Below, piece by piece: positions 8,034-18,310 of a DNA stretch of 31,849 nucleotides (position 1 is the stretch's first letter; every line of letters begins with the position of its first letter). The translations under genes and the position numbers were made by a program. A model generated the notes under the pieces. The model did no database searches, was not told where the DNA came from, and was given only the letters and a program-made list of their open reading frames with translations. Source of the stretch: Oscillospiraceae bacterium (lineage in GTDB: Bacteria; Bacillota; Clostridia; Christensenellales; Aristaeellaceae); assembly GCA_031282605.1 (NCBI GenBank), contig JAITDK010000267.1, positions 1-31,849 of the forward strand, read 5' to 3'.

Positions 8034-9314
8034 TTACTCCTCGTGTCCCGGCAGGAGCGCGCCGTCCGCCTCCGGTATCGTCTGTACATCCGCCAAGCGC
8101 TTCTGGATCGCCTTGGATCGCTTCGCCGCGCCCTCAATAGACGTCGCCGCCTGCTGCAGCTGTGACTGCGTCTTATCCAGCAGTACGCTGAATCTCTCAA
8201 ACTCGGCGCGCACCGTCCCCAGCAATCGCCATACCTCGTTGGAACGTTTCTCTATAGCCAGCGTGCGAAAGCCCATCTGCAGGCTCTGCAGCAGCGCGAA
8301 CAGTGTCGTGGGGCCCGTGAGTACGATTTGATAGTCGCGCCGCAGCCGTTCGATTGTGTCGGCGTGGCGCAGCGCCTCCGCGTAAAGCCCTTCGACCGGG
8401 ACGAACAGTATCGCGAAGTCTGTCGTAACAGGAGGATTTACATACTTGGCGCGGATGCGCTTGCCCTCGCGCAGCAACGCTTGATCCAGCGCGCGCGCAG
8501 CCTCGTCGATCGACGTAATATCGCCCGCCTCGCTGGCGTCGACCAATCGGCGGTAATCCTCCAATGGGAATTTGGAATCTATGGGCAGCAGCACGCTTGA
8601 GCCGTCATGGCCGGGCATCTTCACCGCAAATTCGACACGCTCCGCCGTGCCCGGCTTTACCGTCGTGTTCACCTCATACTGTCCCGGCGCGAACACCTGC
8701 TCCAGCAGCGCGCCCAGCTGCACCTCTCCCCATATGCCGCGCGCCTTGACGTTTGACATAACCTTCTTAAGGTCGCCTACGCCTTGCGCCAATTGCTGCA
8801 TCTCGCCTAGACCTCTATGTACCTGTTCCAACCGTTCGCTGACCCGCTGAAACGACGCGTCCAGCCGCGTAGTCAGTGTCGCGTCCAGCTTCTCGCCGAC
8901 CGTGCGCCGCATCTCATCCAGTTTGCTGTCCAGCGTGCGCGCGACCCGCTCCATCTGGCGGTCATATGCGCCCAGCCGCTCCTCAACACTTAGGCTCAAT
9001 CGCTCCATGCGTCTCTCGTCGCCCTCGCGCATCGTGCGCAGCGTCGTTCCGAACGAGTCAAGACCCGTCTGCGACGACTGACTGAGCGCGCCGAAGCCTA
9101 CCGCCATCCGTTCCTGCAGCAACGAAAATCCGTCGGCAATCCCTCCCGCCTGCTCGAACCGCGCCTGCCTCGCGTCGACGGCCTGCCGCTCTCCAATAAC
9201 GCGCATCGTCTCGGAGAGATGGCGCACAGCAGCCTCCGCCTTAATTACACGCCAGACCGAGACCGCAACGGCCGACGCGGCCAGGACGATGATCACCCAC
9301 ACGATCGCTTCCAC
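8034..9314 (-). CDS. rmuC: DNA recombination protein RmuC
   Basis: N-terminal TM, coiled coil, then NVKARGIWGEVQL, VEFAVKMP, LPIDSKFPLEDY, KYVNPPVTTDFAILFVPVEGLYAE and GPTTL..LL.SL.MGF. Confidence 0.93.
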   Translation of the reverse strand: MEAIVWVIIVLAASAVAVSVWRVIKAEAAVRHLSETMRVIGERQAVDARQARFEQAGGIADGFSLLQERMAVGFGALSQSSQTGLDSFGTTLRTMREGDERRMERLSLSVEERLGAYDRQMERVARTLDSKLDEMRRTVGEKLDATLTTRLDASFQRVSERLEQVHRGLGEMQQLAQGVGDLKKVMSNVKARGIWGEVQLGALLEQVFAPGQYEVNTTVKPGTAERVEFAVKMPGHDGSSVLLPIDSKFPLEDYRRLVDASEAGDITSIDEAARALDQALLREGKRIRAKYVNPPVTTDFAILFVPVEGLYAEALRHADTIERLRRDYQIVLTGPTTLFALLQSLQMGFRTLAIEKRSNEVWRLLGTVRAEFERFSVLLDKTQSQLQQAATSIEGAAKRSKAIQKRLADVQTIPEADGALLPGHEE

Positions 9315-9317
9315 CGC

Positions 9318-10097
9318 TCACACCTCAAATATACTTCTCAAGTAATCAAGGGACGCGCGCAGCGCGCCCTCGTCGCGCGTCAGGGCGCTGTACGGCTCCA
9401 GTATAACGTCTCCGCGATAATCCATCGACCGCAGAGCGTCCGCTAGCCTACGGAAATCGTACACCCCTTGCCCCGGCAGCGTCGAGCGGCCATGCTCGTC
9501 CTTATCCAGCACGTGTACGTGGCGCAGCCGCGAACCCATAGCCTTAACATACTCAACGGGATCCCACTGCGTCTCGAGCGCCTGCTTCGCGTCCATGACA
9601 AAGCCCAACGACGGGCAGACCTCGGCGGCCTCTATCGCGCGATCCGGCGCGTTTACAATGCACCAGCTAACGTTCTCCCAACATAATTGAATACCTCGCT
9701 TGGCGGCCATGCCAACGGCGTACACCAGCGCATCCGCCCATTGGGCGATCGGCCTGCGCTCGCCGCGTATCGACATCGGACCGTGGTACACATACAGTTT
9801 GGCGCCCAGTTCCGCGCCGGCGTCGAGCGCGCGCGCGAAGTTGTCTATGCCGTCCGCCACCTGATGCTTCGATTGCCCCAGCAGATCTGTTTCAAAGTGC
9901 TGCACGCGCGTATGCATCGATACCGGATCCATGCCGCCCAGGCGCGACTTGAGTTCGCGCCCAAACGCAGTCGAGTATTCGCAAAACGACTCTAAGAACA
10001 CCTCGCAGCATGGCACGTCGAATCTATGCATATAGCTGAGCGCGTCCTCTGTCTCCATTACACCGTAGTACATCCCGGTCGTCAGTCCAACACGCAT
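9318..10097 (-). CDS. Sugar-phosphate isomerase/epimerase (xylose-isomerase-like TIM barrel, AP endonuclease 2 family)
   Basis: CEVF, SMH, VYHG, WENV, MDAKQ, HVHVLD, LPGQG and ILE metal-site pattern; start at ATG 10097 behind GGAGG; 3 nt from the rmuC start. Confidence 0.85.
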   Translation of the reverse strand: MRVGLTTGMYYGVMETEDALSYMHRFDVPCCEVFLESFCEYSTAFGRELKSRLGGMDPVSMHTRVQHFETDLLGQSKHQVADGIDNFARALDAGAELGAKLYVYHGPMSIRGERRPIAQWADALVYAVGMAAKRGIQLCWENVSWCIVNAPDRAIEAAEVCPSLGFVMDAKQALETQWDPVEYVKAMGSRLRHVHVLDKDEHGRSTLPGQGVYDFRRLADALRSMDYRGDVILEPYSALTRDEGALRASLDYLRSIFEV

Positions 10098-10180
10098 ACA
10101 ATATCCTCCATAGTTGCGTTCATACCTGCCAATTATTATCAGCAATCCATAGTGATTATTTGTTTATCCTCAATCGTTCT

Positions 10181-11290
10181 ATGTATATGATACCATATAT
10201 GCTAGGCCTTTTACCATGGCTAATCGCGGCGCTGGGCGTCAAAATCGCACGCGCTCATCCGGATTGGGTGGACGCGCTGTTTGCCGAGCGCTGGTATCCG
10301 TTCCTGGTCAAGAATATAACGATTATGAAAAACGCTGCACTCCCGGTCGCCCCCATATTGACCGCACTTGCGGCGGCATGGTGCGTCGTCGGGCTGGTTG
10401 CCGCCGCTGCACGCTCGCTGAAATCCGGTCGCTGCGGACCGATACTCAAGGCCATGTATCGACGTGCCGTCGCCGCTGGGTGCGCATACCTGCTGTTATA
10501 CGCGCTGTGGGGCGCGCAGTATTCGCGCTCGCCGATAACCCCCTCAGCCGTTTCCGCCAGCGCGCGCGATACCGCCGTCTCCGCCATGGCGTCGACAGCG
10601 TTCAGCACGGACAATTCACTGGCGCGGCAATGCGAGGAGTGGATCCGGCAGGCGAATTGGCTGTATCCACTGGTGCGCGCATCCAGTGTGAACCGCTCCA
10701 AATCGCCGGAAGACATACTCGCGCGCGTGCCGTCCAACTTCGAGAGGGCGCGATCGGCGCTGCCGCACGCTATCAACGTTGCGATCCCGACGCCTAAACC
10801 GCTGGGCTTCGACGCGCTTTTCTCCAGCCTGCTTATTGAGGGACTGTACTTCCCGTTCACATTCGAGGCGCTGGTAAATACCTCCATACCTGAAATCGAC
10901 CTCCCGTTCGTCGCGTGCCATGAAACCGCGCACGCGCTGGGTTACGCGCGCGAGGAGGAAGCCAACCTGGTCGCCGCCATCGTCTGCGCCGAGTCGCCTG
11001 ATCCTGTGTTCCGCTACAGCGGCGTGATGAGTTCGCTGCGGTACGGCCTGTCGGCGCTTGCGGCTCGGGATATCGGCGCGTACTGGCCTCTGCTTGACCA
11101 AATGGATAGCAATGTACGCGCGGATTTCATCAACCGCCAGCAGTATTGGCAGCAGCGTCAGGCAACACCCTTGGCTAAGCTCGCCGCGCGCGCGAATGAC
11201 CTGTTTTTGATGAAGGCCGGCGGCGAAGCGGATGGAGCGCAGTCGTACGGAAATGTGGTTGAGTTGCTTAAGGGATGGGACAAAGAATAA
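10181..11290 (+). CDS. DUF3810-family membrane protein with a zinc metallopeptidase motif
   Basis: N-terminal TMs, G.Y.PFTFEA.VN, PFVACHETAHALGYAREEEAN (HExxH plus E), FRYSG. The start codon is uncertain (no clear RBS). Confidence 0.8.
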   Translation: MYMIPYMLGLLPWLIAALGVKIARAHPDWVDALFAERWYPFLVKNITIMKNAALPVAPILTALAAAWCVVGLVAAAARSLKSGRCGPILKAMYRRAVAAGCAYLLLYALWGAQYSRSPITPSAVSASARDTAVSAMASTAFSTDNSLARQCEEWIRQANWLYPLVRASSVNRSKSPEDILARVPSNFERARSALPHAINVAIPTPKPLGFDALFSSLLIEGLYFPFTFEALVNTSIPEIDLPFVACHETAHALGYAREEEANLVAAIVCAESPDPVFRYSGVMSSLRYGLSALAARDIGAYWPLLDQMDSNVRADFINRQQYWQQRQATPLAKLAARANDLFLMKAGGEADGAQSYGNVVELLKGWDKE

Positions 11291-11430
11291 TCGCGTATCC
11301 CGTGAATGTGTCTGGGATGCCGTACGAGCCGCTGCGGCGGGACGCTGTTCGGTTTGCGAACCGAATGCGCTTTAAGTTTGTGGCGCCCCGCCACTATGAT
11401 GTGAGCTGACTATTCCATTACAGCGTTTTT

Positions 11431-11675
11431 ACTGGCGGGGCGCAGGGTTGGAACGAGGAAACGAGGAACGCCCCCCGTCCCCCCGAAGGGGGGTGCACGA
11501 GAGTTTCGGGACTCTGTCCCGAACCCTGCGAAGGGCTATCCGCCCTTTCGAAACCTGACCAGGCTTCGCCTGGACCATCGTGATACACATTCTACCGGCT
11601 TCGGATTGCCGGTTTTACCTGGATAGTCTGTTCCGTAACGCAACTCGTTCCTCCAGCCCTCATCGCCCCCGTAGT
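11431..11675. repeat. ~245-bp palindromic element with imperfect terminal inverted repeats and five internal hairpins (MITE/REP-like or structured RNA)
   Basis: Left arm actggcggggcgcagggttggaacgag; reverse complement of right arm actacgggggcgatgagggctggaggaacgag. Hairpins at 11479-11493, 11505-11523, 11529-11550, 11559-11573 and 11594-11613. Confidence 0.55.
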
Positions 11676-11761
11676 GGTAGATGTCGCCGCTGCGACAGAG
11701 GGGGCGTCATTCCCCAAGCCTTCATCATCCCCCCGTATTTGCTGAATATCCAAGCCCGACG

Positions 11762-11790
11762 TTTACAACCTCTCGTCTATGCTGTATAAT
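11762..11790 (+). promoter_or_regulatory. Sigma-A promoter of the zinc-ribbon gene
   Basis: TTTACA, 17-nt spacer, TATAAT. Confidence 0.7.
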
Positions 11791-11807
11791 ATTAAAGGTT
11801 TACTTAA

Positions 11808-11826
11808 CGATCGGTTAAACCGATCG
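11808..11826. promoter_or_regulatory. Perfect palindrome in the 5' leader (operator or 5' stem-loop)
   Basis: CGATCGGTT-A-AACCGATCG. Confidence 0.4.
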
Positions 11827-11848
11827 GCGAAACGCGGGAGGATTCAAG

Positions 11849-12565
11849 GTGAACGAACTTACGATGTTATGGCGGTATCAACAGGCTGACATGGACGCCG
11901 ATCGGTTCGAGCGGGAAATGCGCGGCGCACCCAATCGGCTCAAACTGCTGAAGGATCGCGATTTCCTTCTTGAGCAGCAGAACACGATGCGCAAGATCGA
12001 GTCCGACCTGGCGGCAATGGCAGAGCGCGTAGAGGCGCTGACGGTCGACGTCTCCAAGGTAGAGGAGTCGCTGCACGACCTGCAGGACACACTCGTGGAG
12101 ACCGAACCTGAATCGCTGGACATAGCGCGCAAATCGCTGGACTACTGCCAGAAGCTGATGCATTCAATAGGCCGCATGGAACAGGAACTGCAGAAAATCC
12201 GCAAAGACTCGGACGTGCGCGCCAAACAGCAGCACGAGGTACGCGTGCGCGCGGCCCGCGTGAAGGCGGAATTTGACAAGCTCAAGATCACGTATGACAA
12301 TGAATACAAGGAGCAAAGCGGCGCCCTGGAAGCATTGCGCAAGAAGGCGGCGCAAACGGCTCAAGATGTTCCGGCTTCGCTGCTTGAAAAGTATAAGAGC
12401 ATAAAGAAACACAAAACCCCTCCCATCGCTATACTGACGGACGATCGCTGCGGCGGGTGCAACATGAACCTGCCCGCCGTTGTAATGCGCTCAATCAGGA
12501 TGGGCGCGGAATCTGTCGAATGCGAAAACTGCGGACGAATCGTGCTTGTTAGCGCACCGGATTAA
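11849..12565 (+). CDS. Coiled-coil protein with a C-terminal C4-type zinc ribbon (DUF164 / CT398-HP0958-like)
   Basis: Long coiled coil followed by YKSIK, CGGCNMNLP and CENCGRIVL; GTG start behind GGGAGG. Confidence 0.88.
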   Translation: MNELTMLWRYQQADMDADRFEREMRGAPNRLKLLKDRDFLLEQQNTMRKIESDLAAMAERVEALTVDVSKVEESLHDLQDTLVETEPESLDIARKSLDYCQKLMHSIGRMEQELQKIRKDSDVRAKQQHEVRVRAARVKAEFDKLKITYDNEYKEQSGALEALRKKAAQTAQDVPASLLEKYKSIKKHKTPPIAILTDDRCGGCNMNLPAVVMRSIRMGAESVECENCGRIVLVSAPD

Positions 12566-12642
12566 GCGCCGCAGTCTTTCATGTATTTTGATGAATTAAC
12601 GCCGCGTTCACATGATTTCATGAGGAATCGCGTTCAAATCGG

Positions 12643-12671
12643 TTGCGTTGCCGCGCCTAAGCGGGTACAAT
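12643..12671 (+). promoter_or_regulatory. Probable promoter of tilS-hpt-ftsH
   Basis: TTGCGT, 17-nt spacer, TACAAT, ending 8 nt before the tilS ATG. Confidence 0.5.
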
Positions 12672-12679
12672 AGATAGCG

Positions 12680-14053
12680 ATGGATAAATCGCCAGTGTCA
12701 GGCGGCGTTTTCGCACGGCTGACGGGGATTGTTGAAACCGCGCTGGCCGCGCATTCAATGGCGGTAAACGGCTCGCGCGTATTGGCGGCTGTGTCGGGCG
12801 GAGCGGACTCCGTCGCGTTGCTGCTTGCGTTAAACGCGCTGCATCGGCGCTTGGGGTTCTCTCTGGAGGCGGCGCACATCGAACACGGCATTCGCGGACA
12901 GGATTCGCTTAACGACGCGCGGTTTGTCGAAGAACTTTGCGAGCGGTTGAGTATTCGCTGCAGTGTCGCCTTCGTGGACGCTCCGGAGGCCGCCCGTAGA
13001 TTTGGCGGCGGGCTGGAGGACGGAGCGCGGCGCGTACGGTATGAGGCGCTGGAACGAATAGCAGGGGAACGCGGAATTGACCGCGTCGCGTTGGCGCACC
13101 ATCGGTTGGATCAGGCGGAGACGGTGCTGCTCCACATTGTCAGGGGCAGCGGCGTGTCGGGGCTGGAGGCCATGCGGCACGTGCGCGGGATGTACATACG
13201 CCCGTTGCTGGATGTGGATCCATCGTTGCTGCGCGAAGCCTTGTTTGAAATAGACCAGCCTTGGCGCGAGGATTCGACAAACGCCGACCCGCGTCAACCG
13301 CGTGCATTGTTGCGCCGCCGGGTGCTGCCGCTGTTGGAGCGGATCAATCCAGCCGCGTCAAGCGCGTTGGCTCGCGTTGCTGCGCTGGCCGCTCGGGATA
13401 ACGATTACATGGACGGGCAAGCGTTATCGTTTCTTGGCGAATCCACCGCAATGATGCCATATGGCGCGTTTTTAAACGGGTTGTATGATCTGCGAGAGGC
13501 GATCGCGTCACGAGCGCTGCGGCTGATGCCAGGGCGGTTGGGTGTAGAAGCGTGGGAATCGCGCCACATTGAATCGATGCTTGCGATGGATCCAGGGTCG
13601 TCTGTTAATCTGCCGGAGGATTGGGCGGCCAAACGTGTCGGCGGCAGGCTGCACTTGATTGCTCCGGCGAGCCGGCGCAATCCGATCGACCTTACGGAAC
13701 CGCCGCTGACCATAACCCCGGCGAAGGCGTGTGAGTTCGGCGACGGTAAACTGCGTCAAACCGTTCCGCGCGCGCTGCTGGATCAAGCGTCTTGGCGTGC
13801 GCGGAGCCGCGGCGACTGGTGGACGCCGTTCGGCAAGGCGGGTCGGCAGCGACTAAGCGATACGTTCATCAATCGGAAAATAGACGAGCCGTTCCGCGAT
13901 TGCGTGCCGCTGTTGACGATCTGCGACGAGGTGTTGTGGGCAGTGGGTGTCGGCGCGTCTGAGCGTTTGCGCGTGGAGCCCAACGCCGATATAGACGACT
14001 ATATAATGATTCGATGGCATGGCGTCGCACCATGGATCAATAAGGCGGTATAG
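12680..14053 (+). CDS. tilS: tRNA(Ile)-lysidine synthetase
   Basis: AVSGGADS, AHIEHGIRG, RRVRY, AHHRLDQAET, RGSG, IRPLL, EDSTN and a C-terminal TilS_C region; synteny with hpt-ftsH. Confidence 0.96.
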   Translation: MDKSPVSGGVFARLTGIVETALAAHSMAVNGSRVLAAVSGGADSVALLLALNALHRRLGFSLEAAHIEHGIRGQDSLNDARFVEELCERLSIRCSVAFVDAPEAARRFGGGLEDGARRVRYEALERIAGERGIDRVALAHHRLDQAETVLLHIVRGSGVSGLEAMRHVRGMYIRPLLDVDPSLLREALFEIDQPWREDSTNADPRQPRALLRRRVLPLLERINPAASSALARVAALAARDNDYMDGQALSFLGESTAMMPYGAFLNGLYDLREAIASRALRLMPGRLGVEAWESRHIESMLAMDPGSSVNLPEDWAAKRVGGRLHLIAPASRRNPIDLTEPPLTITPAKACEFGDGKLRQTVPRALLDQASWRARSRGDWWTPFGKAGRQRLSDTFINRKIDEPFRDCVPLLTICDEVLWAVGVGASERLRVEPNADIDDYIMIRWHGVAPWINKAV

Positions 14054-14057
14054 CTAT

Positions 14058-14633
14058 ATGAATGAACCTCTCGCCGCGCATCGGCTGGCGCGCGACCTGG
14101 AAAGTGTGCTGCTCACGCAGGACGCAATCCAGTCGCGTGTGCGGGAACTGGGCGCGCTGATCGACCGCGACTATGCCCCGGACGACGAGCCGCTGTTGAT
14201 CGGTATTTTAAAGGGAGCGTGCATATTCCTGTCAGATTTACTGCGCGCGATACCTCGGCATGTGTCGCTGGATTTCATCGCGACGTCCAGCTACGGCGCC
14301 GCGGTGCATTCGTCCGGCCAGGTGCGGCTGCTCAAGGATCTGGATAAACCCATCGAGGGTCGGCATATATTGATCGTCGAAGACATAATCGATTCGGGGT
14401 TGACGTTGACATACCTTAAGCGGATGCTCTCGGCTCGGCGTCCCGCGTCGATTCGGATCGCGACGCTGCTGGATAAGCCCTCGCGCCGAAAGCAGCCGCT
14501 GACGCCCGACTACGTGGGGTTCGCGATAGACGATCTGTTCGTGGTGGGGTACGGGCTGGATTTTGACGAGCGTTACCGCAATTTGCCTATGATAGGCGTA
14601 TTAAAACCCGCTTGTTATCAAAAAATGATATGA
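14058..14633 (+). CDS. hpt: Hypoxanthine phosphoribosyltransferase
   Basis: GILKGACIFLSDL, SSYG, LIVEDIIDSGLTL, LLDK and FVVGYGLDFDERYRNLP. Confidence 0.96.
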   Translation: MNEPLAAHRLARDLESVLLTQDAIQSRVRELGALIDRDYAPDDEPLLIGILKGACIFLSDLLRAIPRHVSLDFIATSSYGAAVHSSGQVRLLKDLDKPIEGRHILIVEDIIDSGLTLTYLKRMLSARRPASIRIATLLDKPSRRKQPLTPDYVGFAIDDLFVVGYGLDFDERYRNLPMIGVLKPACYQKMI

Positions 14634-14680
14634 GACGCGCAAACGAGCGCTCGGCAAGCGCCGGACGCCAAGGGGGAAGC

Positions 14681-16645
<1,965 letters not shown>

Positions 16646-16670
16646 AGCGACACTCCCCGCAATAACCATC

Positions 16671-16699
16671 AAAGGCTCAGCCAAACGGCTGAGCCTTTT
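16671..16699. terminator. Bidirectional intrinsic terminator
   Basis: aaaggctcagcc-aaac-ggctgagcctttt between the convergent ftsH and 16726 genes. Confidence 0.85.
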
Positions 16700-16725
16700 G
16701 AATTCCGCCGACCGGGGGCTGGCGT

Positions 16726-18279
16726 TTATTCCGTTATAATCATCAGTATCTTCATGATCGGCAGCGAGGCGGGCGCGATCGTTTCATCGCCTGGGATCGA
16801 GTACACCTCGCCCGTCATCTCGCCATACATAGCGACGGCGCTCCCTGCATCAAGCTGCAGTTCTTGGTCGGATATGCAGTATAGCTCCTCCGGATCAGCC
16901 TTGCCCGGCGACGTCGCCATACGTACGGTCGAACTGCCGTCGGCGACCGCAATCTCGACCGCCTCCCCCGACCACTTTACCACCCTGCCCGTATACTTAT
17001 CGGGATCGGCGATGAGATTCGCGTATGATAAGCTCTTTACCTGCGTCTTCAGATACTCTTCATAATCTTCAGTGTGCCAGCGCCGCTCGAATACATACTT
17101 GATGGCGCGCTCGTCGTAACCCTTCTTTTTCAGCGTGACTGTCACCACGCGCGTTCCCGCCGGATCGGGATCCAGCTTGATTGAAAACTCTCCGTCACTG
17201 GTCGTGCGCTTGCTGATGTTGCCGTTGTCCGATACGGTTATCTCCGTCCCGGCCAGCGTCTTGCCCGCCAACCGCGGCTGCGCGTCCCAGATCTCCCCTT
17301 CCAGCGGCGCATTCAGATTGACTGGGATGCGCGATACATTCGCGACCAACGTCGTTTCGAATCTGGTCGTTTCGTACCCTTCCAGCTCAGACTCGATCAG
17401 CAGCGTCCATGTGCCCTCGCGCGGCAGCGTCAGCGTTAGCGTGAACGCGCCGCTGGATTTCGCCTCCGCCTCCCCTACCTTGAACGGCGCGTCCGTGCCT
17501 TGAATCACGCTGCCCGTCACCGTCGCGCCCGGCGCCGTCGATCCTTTGATCCTCACCGTCAAACTATTGGATTCAAACGGGAACGGCTCGTCAAAATTCA
17601 ACTCCGTCGGCAGCATGGGCATCTCCAGCCTCGGCTCGAACGACGTCGCGGCGACCCAGTCGTCGAACATCTTGACCTCCTTCGGGGTAAGCTGCCTCCC
17701 TGTCGCCTCTAACTGCAGCGTAACCTCGCGCCCATTGCGCACGGTATACGCCATCAACCCGCGCGCGACGGTCTCGCCGTCCGAACGCCGCGTGTACGTC
17801 AAGCGCAGATAGCGACCCGACTTTGCGGGATTCTTCCATTCCGCCTCGGAGAAGCGCAGCCCTGTCAGCCTCCACGCGTCAACGTCCAGGTAATCGGCGC
17901 GGATCGCGTTGCGCATGGCCGTCGTATACCGGTCGATATCGAAGTATACGGCGGATCGGCTTGTCTCCTCCATTCGCACGCGCATGGCGATATCCGCGCC
18001 GGTACCGAACGCCGCTATGACCACGCCGTCGGATCGCATGACATCCGCCGCTACATCCGACGAAACGCCCAGCAGCGCGGCATACCTTGCCGCGGTCTCA
18101 GGCGTGACCACCGTCCAACCGTCGGGGAATTCCGTAACCAACTGATACCCCGGCAGCGTCGTCGACAGCGCGAACGCGCCGCCCGACAGCGCCAAGATAC
18201 TCGCAAAACACAGCATAGCAGCGACGATACCCGCGCGCCGCGCCGGTCTTCTGTTCATGCACAGCGTCCCGTTTAACAT
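16726..18279 (-). CDS. Hypothetical secreted protein (PsbP-like N-domain, two Ig-like domains, C-terminal OB-fold-like domain); paralog 2
   Basis: Start moved to ATG 18279 behind GGGAGGTG; signal peptide ending GGAFA; KGSTAPGATV (Ig-like); LSYANLIADPDKYTGRVVKWSG (OB-like). Fold calls are from pattern recognition only. Confidence 0.75.
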   Translation of the reverse strand: MLNGTLCMNRRPARRAGIVAAMLCFASILALSGGAFALSTTLPGYQLVTEFPDGWTVVTPETAARYAALLGVSSDVAADVMRSDGVVIAAFGTGADIAMRVRMEETSRSAVYFDIDRYTTAMRNAIRADYLDVDAWRLTGLRFSEAEWKNPAKSGRYLRLTYTRRSDGETVARGLMAYTVRNGREVTLQLEATGRQLTPKEVKMFDDWVAATSFEPRLEMPMLPTELNFDEPFPFESNSLTVRIKGSTAPGATVTGSVIQGTDAPFKVGEAEAKSSGAFTLTLTLPREGTWTLLIESELEGYETTRFETTLVANVSRIPVNLNAPLEGEIWDAQPRLAGKTLAGTEITVSDNGNISKRTTSDGEFSIKLDPDPAGTRVVTVTLKKKGYDERAIKYVFERRWHTEDYEEYLKTQVKSLSYANLIADPDKYTGRVVKWSGEAVEIAVADGSSTVRMATSPGKADPEELYCISDQELQLDAGSAVAMYGEMTGEVYSIPGDETIAPASLPIMKILMIITE

Positions 18280-18310
18280 GATAACCCACCTCCCTATAAT
18301 ATCATCAAAA

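Noticed and set aside
11291-11848. RNase P RNA, tmRNA, tRNA or CRISPR array
   Set aside because: There is no GAGGAAAGTCC core, no tRNA-like 5'/3' ends with CCA, and no repeat-spacer periodicity; it is reported instead as an unexplained palindromic element.
18230-18260. Twin-arginine (Tat) signal in paralog 2 (MNRRPARR)
   Set aside because: It lacks the S/T-R-R-x-F-L-K consensus and is compatible with a basic Sec n-region.
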